In this document: positions 1 to 12,600 of the stretch, piece by piece
How the letters are laid out: every line of letters starts with the position of its first letter
How positions within the stretch are numbered: the first letter of the stretch is position 1
Assembly: GCA_951406725.2 (NCBI GenBank)
Contig: OX597818.1
Span: forward strand, 48,608,001 to 48,672,000
DNA: 64,000 nt
Reading direction: 5' to 3'
DNA from: Octopus vulgaris
Lineage: Eukaryota
Notes under the pieces: generated by a model
The model's database searches: none
What the model saw: only the letters and a program-made list of their open reading frames with translations
What the model was told of the DNA's origin: nothing
Position numbers and translations under genes: made by a program

Positions 1-3000
1 AGTATTAAAAAAAAAATAAAATAAAAGATCCAAGCAAAATTATTTCCAGATGGAAAAAAAATACATCCTTCTCTTTCTCTCTCTCTCTCTCAACACACAC
101 ACACATGTGAGAGAGAGAGGAAGAAAAATTCCTTTATCATTAAAACCTCTTAGCTATCTTTTTCACTGAATATGTTGAGGATAAATCTAAAAGTACCTCC
201 TAATCTTATCAAGATAAGACTGTGGACCTTATTGTAAAATAGTTTAAGATGTAAATAGGGACACATTTGATATAATGTGATGAGATGTGCTGACAGCTAG
301 GGAATATTCATTTGCTTCAGCATTTCATTTATTTAAGTTTTCTTAACTAGTTTAAACCATTGTGTGTTATGGCCACTGGAGAACCACTCTGAAGTTTTAG
401 AAGTCAGGCCTTTGTCATACAATCTTAGATAGATGTATAGAGTGTGTATGGCTTCCATAAGAATGTCAGAAATTGTTAGGCTTGATATGTGTAAGAAGTG
501 TAAAGGTTTTAGCTGACTATTGTTGCTTAAAAGAGATGTTGAAGTATGTGATCGTCATCATTATCATCATCATTTAATGTGCACTTTTCCATCCCTGTAC
601 GGGTCAAGTAGGATTTGTTGAGGCAGATTTTCTACAGTTGGATGCCCTCTCTATTGCCAACCCTCTCCTGTTTCCAAAAAAGGTAATATTTTCCCATGGA
701 GAGACCTATTTTTCACAGAAGACTGGAAATGGATCAGCATCACTTGAATGATGGTGATGTCAAGACAAGGGTGTACACACACACATATAATGGGCTTCTT
801 TCAGTTTCTTCCTACTAAATCCACTCAGAAGCCTCTGGTCAGCCTAAGGCTTTAGTAAAAGACTCTTACCTAAAGATGCTGTACAATAAGACTGAACCTG
901 AATGAAACCACATGGCTGAGAACCATATAACCACACATGCACACACAAACATAGCATCATATTTTTACAGCTGATGGAGAGCTGTAAAATGAAATTTGTG
1001 AGTCCTTATTGTAGACTACCTTAGAGATCAATACATAGATTTGGTAAGAAGTATTGAAATCACTTATCAATTAAAGCTAAGTATAGAAGCTGAGTAAGTG
1101 AGGTGTCTTCAGTGAGACATTAAAAGCATTACTCAGATGTAAAAAAATTTTTTTTTTAAATGTATTTGTTTCTGTTAAAGATTATCATTGCTTATCAGTT
1201 AATATTCTTAAATTTTGTCTTAACCCACATGGCTAAGCTCATGCCGGATCTTGCTTTATTAAGAACTTTTCATTTCAGTTTTTCAAGGATTCACACACGC
1301 TCATACACACATACACCAGTTTCTGTCTACCAAATCCATTCACAAGGGTTTGTTCTGCTTGGAGCCAGAGCAAAAGACACTTGCTCTTGGTGCTACTCAG
1401 TAAGACTGAACCCAAAGCCATGTGCTTGAGAAATAAGCTTCTTAACCACATAACCACTCCTGCGGTTGTACACACACACACACCTCTTAATCATTGTGAT
1501 TTTTGACTTTGGTCTTGTGAGGAAGCTTTCTGTTTACAGAAAGTGGTGTTTAGAATTTTCAAATATTCTTACCTATATTGTTCAAACATCAGAGGAAGCT
1601 GAGATTATTATCAGTTTTCCCAAACACTCCTGAACTGTAAAATATAGTTTGTTCACATTAAATAAATGTTGATTGTTTGGATTCAACAACAAACTAAACT
1701 AAAATAACCTTTTCTTCAGTGCAATTGACTGTAGTAGAGTTTTTTATCATCAGCAACAACAAGTCATGTTCCATTTAAAGTTTTCTTGCGGAGGTGTTCA
1801 AGAGCGTTCAAGGCACTTGTAGTTGGTTTATCATGGAGCTGTTGGGAGGGAGAGGGATGGGAACGGCTACATGGTTTGGAGCAGTTTGTTGCCATTAACT
1901 GATCTCCTCACATTTATAATTACTCTTTTGATTTAAGTATTTTACTTTGCTGTGTAGATTGTTGTTGTTGTTGTTATTGTTATTATTATTTAACCCTGGT
2001 TAACTCTGATTGGACAGATCTACACCCAAAAGCATATCTTTGGTGTCATTGTTCTACATATCCTTTTTCAAGACAGCAGTGTTTTGAGGGAGATTTGGCT
2101 GTTATTTCTAGCAAGTTGAGTGGCCATATAGTGGCATTTTTGTTGCTGGTTAGGTGGTCTATGGATGTAGTGCAGATTGCAATATATTGTAGTTCAAATT
2201 GCAGCGGGACTTTTACACTTTGTAATTAAATACAGCAAGGCATTTAAACTGAGGTTTTCATGCTTCTGCTATTTCACTGCCCTAATATACCATCATCATC
2301 ATCATCACCATTTTAGTGTCCATTTTTTAATGTCAGATGGAATTTATTGAGACAGATTTTCTACGTCAGATGCTCTTCCTTTTGCCAACTCTTTCCTGTT
2401 TTCAAATAATGTAATATTTTCCCGTGGCCAGGACATGTTTTTGTGGAATATTGGAAATGAACAACACTGCTTGTAAGACAGTGATACTCATTTACAGCTA
2501 TCATGTGGCATCAAAACAATGATACACACACACACACACACAACAGTCTCTTATTTCTTTACTGCCCACAAGGGGCTACACACAGAGGGGACAAACAAGA
2601 ACAGACAAACGGATTAAGTCGATTATATCGACTCCAGTGCATAACCAGTACTTATTTAATCAACCCCAAAAGGATGAAAGGCAAAGTCGACCTCGGTGAA
2701 ATTTGAACTCAATACCATTAAGCATTTCATTGATTAGAATTTAAAGGAATTTAGTTGCTATTTTTTAACAAGTCCAACACAATGTAGAGATGTTCTTGTG
2801 GTGACAGCATGTTCATGAATTTTACCTGATTAGTGAATGACTTCTTTTGGATTTGGTCCCTAATGTCGGCATGTGTAGCAAGCAGCCGCACTGTTCCAAA
2901 TGTTTGAGAAGCAGAACAGTGTGGGACTTATTTTGTATTTTGTACAAGAACAGCAACTAATCAAGGTTGAATAGTAGTTTAACCCCTAAAGTGGAATGTT

Positions 3001-3160
3001 AGGCTTTTGCAGATAGTTTTGGCAATAAAATAGACATGTGGTTATGGAGAATAAGATTGGCTGGAAAGATGGTATGTTAAGTGTGGAAGGTACAAGTTGC
3101 GCAGGAAGACTCCCACCTCCACCCACCCCCCAAAAAATAAAAGAAAGAAGCAAACAAACA

Positions 3161-3563
3161 AGGCGCAGGAGTGGCTGTGTGGTAAGTAGCTTGCTAACCA
3201 ACCACATGGTTCCGGGTTCAGTCCCACTGCGTGGCATCTTGGGCAAGTGTCTTCTACTATAGCCTCGGGCCGACCAAAACCTTGTGGATTTGGTAGACGG
3301 AAACTGAAAGAAGCCCATCGTATATATATATACATGTGTGTGTATATGTTTGTGTGTGTCTGTGCTTGTCCCCCTAGCATTGCTTGACAACCGATGCTGG
3401 TGTGTTTATGTCCCCGTTACTTAGCGGTTCGGCAAAAGAGACCGATAGAATAAGTACTGGGCTTACAAAAGAATAAGTCCCGGGGTCGAGTTGCTCGATT
3501 AAAGGCGGTGCTCCAGCATGGCCGCAGTCAAATGACTGAAACAAGTAAAAGAGTAAAAAGAGT
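3161..3563 (+). mobile_element. tRNA-derived SINE family A (near full length)
   Basis: Head AGGCGCAGGAGTGGCTGTGTGGTAAG (A box) ...GGTTCAGTCCC (B box-like), internal TA/TG microsatellite, tail GACTGAAACAAGTAAAAGAGT. There are more than 10 copies in the window. Confidence 0.85.
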
Positions 3564-3884
3564 AAACAAATAATGTAGAAAGATTGAATGAGTATGTCTG
3601 TATGCAGGCTTAGCTGTGTGGTTTAGGAGTTCATTGTCCAACCTCCTGGTTTCAAGTTCAGTCTTATTGGCTGGTACTTGTGGCATGTGTCTTCCTCTAA
3701 AGGGAAATCTTGTGTAGTAGAAGACACTTGCCCAAGGTGCTATGCAGTGAGACTAAAAGGGGAAGCAACTTCTTACATGTGCATGCAGTAAGGTCAAGTG
3801 GTTAAGCTGTTCGTCTCACAACCACAGGGTACCATGTTCATTTCCACTGTGTGGTATCTTGGACAAATGTCACTTTCTATAGCG

Positions 3885-4365
3885 GAAGCACTCCAGAGGT
3901 CAATAACAAGAAAGATAGATGGCATGACAGGCATTGACTACTGGGGCCTAAGAAAAATTCCAATCTCTACTCTCCCCAATGCTGCTGTGAGCCCTGTGGA
4001 AAATATTCCATCAATATTGCACAAATGATATTGGCATCAAATTTAAAATCCACTTCAAGACTTGGCCCCCATGCTATCCGCCCACTACAAAAATCGAACT
4101 CAAGACGCATAACATTACGACACAATTACTTTATCTCAACTGGTCTGTACCAAAATACATCAAAATGGAAATATCCCATAAAATTCAGAAGTTCTCTGGA
4201 CAAATTTCTCCAAAAAATCCCAGACCATCCTCCAACACCCGCATATGCCTCCAACAATAATAACCCTTTGTTAGAGTGGGCCATGGTGTCCCATATTTAA
4301 TCTAAAGACTTCACCAGGTGGTGCTATTACGTTAGATACAGCCTGGGCCTATACTGGCCGAAACC
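3885..4365 (+). mobile_element. Degenerate non-LTR retrotransposon 3' end
   Basis: Decayed peptides EALQRSITRKIDGM.GIDYW and KFRSSLDKFLQKIPDHP are typical LINE ORF2 C-termini. Confidence 0.6.
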
Positions 4366-5316
4366 TAAGTTATTAAGTTACATATATATGCAAAATATAT
4401 TTTAGGCAGCGAGCTGGTAGAAACGTTAGCACGCCGGGCGAAATTCGTAGCCGTATTTCGTCTGTTGTTATGTTTCGAGTTCAAATTCCGCTGAGGTTGA
4501 CTTTGCCTTTCATCCTTTCGGGGTCGATAAATTAAGTACCAGTTACGCACTGGGGTCGATGTAATCGACTTAATCCCTTTGTCTGTCCTTGTTTGTCCCC
4601 TGTGTTTAGCCCCTTGTGGGTAGTAAAGAAATATATATATGCAAAATAAATCTTGTTCATAAACGCTCTTATACGAGTGAGATATAGGAAAAGACAATTT
4701 AATGTAAAGACATGTAAAAATTCAAAAGTTCTCTGGACAAATTTCTCCAGAAAATCCCCCCAAATCCCAGACCTTCCTCCTACTCCTGCATAAACCTCCA
4801 ACAATAATAACTCTTTGTTAGAGTGGGCCATGGTGTCCCATATATAATCTAAAAAGGCTTCACCAGGTGGTGCTATTAAGTTAGACATAGCCTGGGCCTA
4901 TACTGGCCAAAACCTATCTAAGTTATTAAGTTACATATATATATGCAAATTAAATCTTGTTCATAAATGCTCTTATACAAGTGAGATATAGGAAAAGACA
5001 ATTTAATGTAAAGACATGTAAAAATTCAAAAGTTCTCTGGACAAATTTCTCCCAAAAGTCCCAAAAAATCCCAGACCTTCCTCCAACACCCGCATATGCT
5101 TCCAACAATAATAACTCTTTGTTAGAATGGGCCATGGTGTCCCATATTTAATCTAAAAAGACTTCACCAGGTGGTGCTATTAAGTTAGATATGGCCTGGG
5201 CCTATACTGGCCAAAGTTATTAAGTTACATATATATATGCAAAATAAATCTTGTTCATAAAGGCTCTTATACTAGTGAGATATAGGAAAAGACAATTTAA
5301 TGTAAAGACATGTAAA
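4185..5316. repeat. Tandem triplication of ~300 bp (LINE 3' end + flank), first copy split by a SINE
   Basis: GTTCTCTGGACAAATTTCTCC at ~4191, 4728 and 5032; the shared downstream flank ending GACATGTAAAA is repeated. Confidence 0.85.
4403..4631 (+). mobile_element. tRNA-derived SINE family B
   Basis: Head AGGCAGCGAGCTGGTAGAAACGTTAGC, GAGTTCAAATTCCGC B box, central GGTTGACTTTGCCTTTCATCCTTTCGGGGTCGATAAATTAAGTACC (resembles the Deu/Nin-type SINE core), tail GTAAAGAAATA. Confidence 0.85.
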
Positions 5317-8300
5317 ACAAGAACCGTTAGCTCTGCTATTTATCTTTTTCTGTAATAGTTTTTGCTATTTGTCATCTTACTCCAAATGACCTTCTTTTTC
5401 AGCTATAAACTTTGATAATAGCTGGTGTTGTTTTGAGGAAAATGTATCCATGTCACTACTAGTCTCCTCTTCCTCTGTCACTGCTAAGCTTACCATCTCT
5501 TTTGGCAGAATAATATTATCTTCTCTAGCAGTGACTGAAAAAGCTGACCTCCATATTGCATTCACCATATCTACTAACTGTTGGTACCAAGAATCCCACC
5601 CCGACCCGCACCCCACCCCACCCCCCATCGCTACCACCACCACCACCCTTCATCCTCATCCACACACACCCACCCACACACAGACACACACACACACACA
5701 CAGGCACCACACTTTTTTTTTCTGGCTCCACCTACCATGGCTCTCTCTCTCTCTCTATACATCTCCTTCCTAACATTTCCTGTCTAATTTTACTCCAAAT
5801 ACTTTTAGTTTATACAGTTTTTCTTCTTTGTTTTCCCTTCCTCTTCCCTGATCTCATCAAAAAAAAAAAAGTCTAACTATTTTTGTTGAGTTGTTAAATG
5901 CTTGTCTCCAGAAGACTTTCAACCACTCTGCTGCTACTGCTGCCCATGCTGCTGCTGCTGGTACTACTGTCTCTCTCTCTCTCTCTGCCCCACCTCCCCA
6001 TCACAGCTGTTGTTATCTTCTCCAGCAACTTTTGCTACCACCACCACCACCACCACTACTACTACTTTCATTTAACCTCTATATTTTCTTCCTCTCAAAA
6101 AATTCCCACTCTGTCTTTTTCTTGGCTTCAAGTCCATTCCGCCCATATTCCCTCCAGCTATTCAACTGTTTGTTGTTTGTCTCTTATCCAATTTTTAAAT
6201 CTCTTTGCCATCCATTTTATTCTGTATCCTCTTCTTCTTACCTATCCCCCATCTCACCCCTCCTCCGTCCCCCTATCCCCCCTCTCTTTCTCTCTCTCTC
6301 AAACTCCTTATCTACTTTTTCTCTGCTTATTTGTCTTCAACTAAGCACTCTGTTACATTTCAGACCCTTTTACACACACACACATACACACACACACAGG
6401 CGCATACAATAAATACACAGGTCTCTCCCTTCCACCCTAATTCATTTCTGTATTTCTTTTTCTCTTCTAATCTGTAAATAATTTTCATAATGTTTTTACT
6501 CTTCAACTTTGTATTGCGCTTGTCTGCACATATACTCACACATTTGTGTCGGTGCACGTGCACTCATACATTCTCATACATTCACTCACACACACACACA
6601 CAATTTTGTCACTTTCTCTGTGGTTCCTATTATTATTTCTCTTGTCTCACTCAGCCTGACCCACAGATTATCTATCACAAGACACAGCAGGTATACCAGT
6701 TTAACATTGAAGAAATGAAGAATTGGTTAGTCTTAAGAAGAGCAATCCTTCCTTCTTCCCAATGATATGGATTCTTTGAACAATTCTTCATTTCTGGTCT
6801 TTCTTCAATGTGTGAAGTAGAAAAGAAAAAAGAACCCTCCTCACCCCTATTTCTCTCTGTGAACTATATAGTACAATGTAAAAACCTAAATAAACATTTC
6901 TTATGAAATAGGGTTTGTGGGTGGGAATTCATTAATCATTCCTTAAATCCTTAAAAATGTTTTAGCCTGAAGGCTGCGGCCATGCTGGGGCACCACCGCT
7001 TAAAATTTTTTTAAAATTCTAACACTCATTTGTTTATCTCATAAAACTAAAGCCATGAATCCACAGATAAAAGAACCTGGCAACATTGAAGAGAGTAGTT
7101 TATACTTTTTGAGTTCCAAAAACTACTAACAAATGCCTTTCTTATAATTTGTAGCTTATACTGAAATATGATTATATATTTAGTGCCAACTGGCAATATA
7201 AGCCAACATACTCAACTAGCTATTATAGAACTGAGTGAAGAAGACAAAGCTAGTTTTTTATCCTGAATACAATAGTGACTGTTATTATTACACAGATGTC
7301 TTTTTTTCTTCTCCTCTTCTTCTTCTTCTGTTAGTTTAAGCAAACATGGCAGTTATTATTCATCATACATCCTGTAAAGTCTGTGATGAGTGCTTCATGA
7401 CCTCCCTCCCCCCCTGTCTCTCTCTCTCTCTCTCTTTTTCTTTTTCTCTATCTCTCTCTGTCTGTCTGTCTGTCTGTCTCTCTCTTTCTCTCCCTCTCTC
7501 TCCCCAAATAAAACAATTAAAAACAAAAAGAGAAGAAAAATTTTGTCTGCCTCTCTTTCCTCTTTCTATCTATCTATCTATCTCTATCCAACTTTTTTTT
7601 TCTTTTTACACACACACACACACACACACCACACTATACACATATTCAGTAAACATCTTTGAAACAGTTTTTTTTTCTTTTTACTTTCTAAACTGGTTTT
7701 GATGTGAATAAATAAACATATGTTTCACCTTTTCTCTCTGTTCTTTCATTCTTTTGCTTTCCTCTTTTACTCTTTCCCCTCCCCCCTCCCTCCTCTCTAT
7801 CTCCAAACCTCTTTGTGTGTGTGTGTGTGTGTGATCATCCAAGGCAGTTCACCCAAAGTTTTGGAACTGAGAGAAAATGGTATAAGAGACCTGCTTAGAT
7901 TATGGAAACCATTGTTGTAAAAAGCCAGAAACACTGTTGGGTTGGCTTGACTGAAGAATAAAGAGATATCCTATCACAATTATAAAACTAGCTTTATCTC
8001 TTCAATTGAAAACAAAATCATGTTCATTGTGGAGAAAAGGTGATTTACAAAAGCTGTTGGTCTTGGAAGTCAGTGTCCATCTCCACTGAGTTGGGGGTGA
8101 ATAAATAAATGATAGAATGGGATGGGGGGAGAAATTACTACAAGACATTTGTGAAAGGTTGGGCCAGATAGGTTCCATTTCTTATTGATATTGGTATATA
8201 ATGTACCTCCTATGTCTGTCTGCCAACCTCAAGCTATGGAGGCCCTAGAAGTAATAACACATTGCAGGGATATGGCAAGTCTACAGTTTTTGGCAACATA

Positions 8301-8370
8301 TTCTGTTAACATGTTGTGAATGTAATTGGAATTATAGCTTAAGTTCTTCAAGCCTTTGTTGATACATTAA

Positions 8371-8584
8371 CCCTTTCGTTATCAACCCGGCTGAAACTGG
8401 CTCTGAGTTCAAATGTCTTATTTTCATAAGTTTTGAATTAAAATCTGCCACCAAACCTTAGTCACAATTTATGTTCCTAACACTAGCTGAATGATGACAA
8501 AGTTATTTTACTAAATTCTTTGTTATATTTAAAGTAATTGAAAGAAACACAGAGCATCTCAAAATAAATACAGTAACGAAAGGG
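8371..8584. mobile_element. piggyBac-like MITE, family 1
   Basis: TTAA on both sides; TIR CCCTTTCGTTA...TAACGAAAGGG. Confidence 0.85.
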
Positions 8585-8982
8585 TTAAATCTGATAAAGA
8601 TGTGAAGTGGCCATTGTAGATGGAAAATTGTGGTCAAGGGTGTTTTCTAGCCACCCTGGGTCAGCCCTGATAGAGCAGACATATAGGGAAATGCTTTCCA
8701 GCTATGACTTTTTTTGTTCATGCGTAGTATACTCCAAACTACATTATTCAAAAGATGGTAGAGTGTGGTCTGAGGGAAATTTGACTGTTATTTCTCACAG
8801 GGTGAGTGACCACATAGATAGATTTTATTATAGGCACTTTCTGGTCAAGGTTTGTGTGATAGCAGTGGAAGTTTTATAAGAGTGTGGAACAAAAAGGGTT
8901 GAGAATCTGGTCGAGGCCTTTCAATATTAAAGAACTTCAACCATAAGACATTATACTGCTTTAATAAGGAATGTACTAGAAA

Positions 8983-9383
8983 CTCTCTCTCTTTACTCTT
9001 TTACTTGTTTCAGTCATTTGACTGCGGCCATGCTGGAGCACCGCCTTTAGTCGAGCAAATCGACCCCGGGACTTATTCTTTGTAAGCCCAGTACTTATTC
9101 TATCGGTCTCTTTTGCCGAACCGCTAAGTGACGGGGACGTAAACACACCAGCATCGGTTGTCAAGCAATGCTAGTGGGAAAAACACAGACACACAAACAC
9201 ACACATATATATACACATATATACGACGGGCTTCTTTCAGTTTCCGTCTACCAAATCCACTCACAAGGTTTTGGTCGGCCCGAGACTATAGTAGAAGACA
9301 CTTGCCCAAGATGCCACGCAGTGGGACTGAACCCAGAACCATGTGGTTGGTTAGCAAGCTACTTACCACACAGCCACTCCTGT
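8983..9383 (-). mobile_element. SINE family A
   Basis: Near-identical reverse complement of 3161-3563. Confidence 0.85.
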
Positions 9384-10100
9384 TTGGTTAATGCTTTTCA
9401 TTAAAGAAGCGTCAACTTACTTTACTGAGTAGTGGCATTTTCAGATGGTTAACAACATGAGTTGCATGTTTGATATAAAGTACTTCTTGTTATGTGGTTG
9501 ATGCTTTTCATGAAGGCATAGCAAATGATGAGACAGTGTGATGGAACAAACCTTTCCCATCACTATGGAAAACATTGATGTAAAATAATGATGATAATGG
9601 TGGTAGTGATCTACTCTATTATCAAATTAATTATAACCTTTAATTCTCTCCTTTTCACTTGTTATTATAACTATTACCAAACCTATTTCTATGTTTTGTA
9701 CTTAGTCCAGAAATAGAATAAATCTTCTATTTCTTCTAGTTTTGTTGAATGCATTATTATTTTTTTATTTTGTCAATTTTCCAGTAAAACCACAAAATAA
9801 TTTGTCTAATAATTTAATTTATCAGTAAATATTATATTTTACACTTGCTGCAACTGTTAGATCATTCTCAATTTATTTCTGTTTCCTTTCATCCATCTTC
9901 TTTGTTCACTATTCCTGGGAAGGAGTTGGAGTAGAGTCATCAGGCACATCTTCCATTGGGTCCTATCAAAAGCAACCACCATTACACTTTGCAGCTGGGT
10001 TCTCAAGCTAAGTCACGAAGATGTAAACAAACCAGCACCGGTTGTCAAGTAGTGGTGCTGTGAGAGACACAAAGACATGCATGGCTTCCATACAGTTTCT

Positions 10101-10318
10101 TATTTCTTTATTGCCCACAAGGAGCTAAACACAGAGGGGACAAACGGATTAAGTCAATTATATCGACCCCAGTGCGTAACTGGTACTTATTTAATCGACT
10201 CCGAAAGGATGAAAGGCAAAGTCGACCTTGGCGGAATTTGAACTCAGAACATAGTGGCAGACGAAATATCACTAAGCATTTCACCTGGCATTCTAACGTT
10301 TCTGCCAGCTCGCCACCT
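10101..10318 (-). mobile_element. SINE family B nested in an older family A-like copy
   Basis: Reverse complement of family B, flanked by the direct repeat TTCCATACAGTTTCT (10086-10100, 10325-10339). Confidence 0.8.
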
Positions 10319-11215
10319 TACAGTTTCCATACAGTTTCTGTCTGCTAAGTGTTACTGTTGGTTTGAATGGTACTGCCCAGGTGTTGAAACCATAGTGGCA
10401 TCCATGTAATATCCATTAGGCAGCTGATGATGGGGATATATATTTGATATGCTTGTGGTCTCTGAATCTTTAATATCGTAGGGTCTTGTTATTCTGAAGT
10501 TGCCCTTCATTCTCATAATGTCCAACTTGTCAAAAGGGTTCATGGTTTATGATGGTTTTGTTGTTCATCTTATTACACATAATGATATGACATGCTTGTC
10601 TTCATTAATAGTATAATTATGCTAGGATAATAATTAGTTAAAGCATGCATGGGCAACCTGTGGCCCTCGACATGTTGTTGTGTGGCTCTCGGTGAGTTTT
10701 TAGGTTACATATTTGCAGCATAATCTAAGAATAATGACATCTCAAATTCTACCTAATATTGAAGATATGGTAAAGCATGTGAAGGTGCAAAAATCTCATT
10801 GATACAGATAATGAATTTTCTTTTTTTTTTTTTTTTTTTACCTCACTATTTTAAACTATATTTTATAAAATTAAGAAGAACTGCAAAAAAATTCAGTGTA
10901 AAGTGGGCAAGTAATACTTCATGCATATGTTTTATCATGCGACCCTCTCCCACTTGGAAATGGTACGACAAGGCCCCCAGTTGACGAAAAGTTGCCCATC
11001 TTTGAATTAAAGGCTTCTAGTTTTTTAAAAATGCATATTTCACTCAAAAGTTTTACTTGTCTTTTGAGGAATTATTTGTGTTATTTCCTGTGTAACATTT
11101 ATTTTTTTCTAACCAGTTTACCTAACCAGCTAATGTTTTATGCTTATTTCATTTTATTTAATTAATTAATTTATTTTTTAATTTTATTAATTAATTTTTT
11201 TTTCTCTCTTTTCAG

Positions 11216-11527
11216 TTATGGAAACACGTCTCAAATATGGCCAAAGATTTCATTGATAGACTACTTGTGTTAGAACCAAAGGAAAGAATGACCTCAAGCC
11301 AAGCGATAGCTCATGCATGGCTCAGGAGTCACGGCAACCAATCAAGTTATCGAAATTTGCAGCATACTAACAGTTCTAACAGTACGCAATCTAGTAAAAG
11401 TAGTAACAAGTCCAATCGTTCAGGTCGGTCGTTACGCTCAGAACACAGACATGTTCATCCAGAAGAGATTGAAGAACTGCACAGAGACCCAGAAATTCTG
11501 GCAGATATAGCATCAATGGGTTATTAA
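11216..11527 (+). CDS. PSKH1: Terminal coding exon of PSKH1-like (protein serine kinase H1, CAMK group) kinase
   Basis: Strong polypyrimidine tract + TTTCAG acceptor (AG 11214-11215), phase 0. Translation LWKHVSNMAKDFIDRLLVLEPKERMTSSQAIAHAWL (kinase subdomain XI) is followed by an S/R-rich tail SSKSSNKSNRSGRSLRS, resembling the PSKH1 C-terminus (recalled as WPSVSNLAKDFIDRLL...STRSSRSTRS). Stop TAA at 11525-11527. Upstream exons lie outside the window. Confidence 0.85.
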   Translation, partial: LWKHVSNMAKDFIDRLLVLEPKERMTSSQAIAHAWLRSHGNQSSYRNLQHTNSSNSTQSSKSSNKSNRSGRSLRSEHRHVHPEEIEELHRDPEILADIASMGY

Positions 11528-11995
11528 TACAAGAACACTCTTTTTTTTTTTTTTTATGAAACCTTTGAACAATAGTAGCTTGTTATATACCAACAACATC
11601 TTGCATTCTCTCTACTCACTGGCACCAAAGCAAAATATTTCTAAAATAAGGCTGTTGGTTGAAAGTATAAAATATTTCATCTTGAAGGAAAAGACAGTTT
11701 ATTATTCTTTCTTTTGGAATATGAAAGAAAACAAAAGGTGGAAAACAAAATCAAAAGGAGGAGAAAATATTTAATAAGAGGAAAATCTAACAGTTTTGTT
11801 TTGTATTTTTTTTTTTTTTTAAAGAGAGGGGTTTTTTTTTAAAAGTTACTCAAACCTAAATATATTCATGGTATACACACACTGTCTCCTCCTTTTTACA
11901 GAGGTGTGATCCTCGGAAGACAAACCTAAAACTAGTCACATGTTTCATTTTTAGAGAATTTTTTCCTGAAATTACTTCTCATGTGTGTGTCTGTG

Positions 11996-11996
11996 A

Positions 11997-12043
<47 letters not shown>
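11996..12043. repeat. (GAAA)n microsatellite
   Basis: Direct reading. Confidence 0.9.
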
Positions 12044-12044
<1 letters not shown>

Positions 12045-12424
12045 GCGAGAGTGAGTGAGTATGTGTGTGTGTGTATGGTCATATGAAGAGGACAAAAAGT
12101 GCATAATGAATCTATTATGTAAGTGTTCATTTCCATAAGAATATCTGTGTTGAGGGTTTGTGTGCTTTGAATGAATGTAAGCTTGTTGTAGTGTGCCTGT
12201 TGTTGCAGATACTCATGTATCTGTAATTCATATACAATTATGATTAATAATCTACTGACTCAAACCATAGTCATGGGCTGCACTGTTCTCATCACAACAT
12301 CCAAGAGAAATTAATAGTTTTGTGTGTCTTATTTCTAATTGCATTATAACTAAAAAATAAATTGGTGCTTTTATGGATTCTTGGAGGGACAAAATATCGA
12401 GACGACCATATTGTGTGTGTATGA

Positions 12425-12458
12425 ATGTTTGTGTGTGTGTGTACATATACATACATAC

Positions 12459-12516
<58 letters not shown>

Positions 12517-12600
12517 ATATGTATGTATGTATATGTATATATATATATATACATATATATATACACGTATATATATACACACACAGGGATGTGTATGTAT
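12425..12600. repeat. (TA)n/(TG)n microsatellite
   Basis: Direct reading. Confidence 0.9.

Noticed and set aside
963-989. 10-bp hairpin TTTTACAGCT/AGCTGTAAAA, acceptor-like on both strands
   Set aside because: Too short and AT-rich to distinguish from chance.
4335-4365. GGCC-TATACT-GGCC-GAAAC stem resembling hammerhead helix II
   Set aside because: No CUGANGA-like core upstream; more simply a LINE 3'-terminal stem-loop.
5450-7920. Plus-strand ORFs rich in L/S/P/H/T (5450-6765, 7346-7920)
   Set aside because: Low-complexity translations of CT/CA repeats with no kinase motifs, so not PSKH1 exons.
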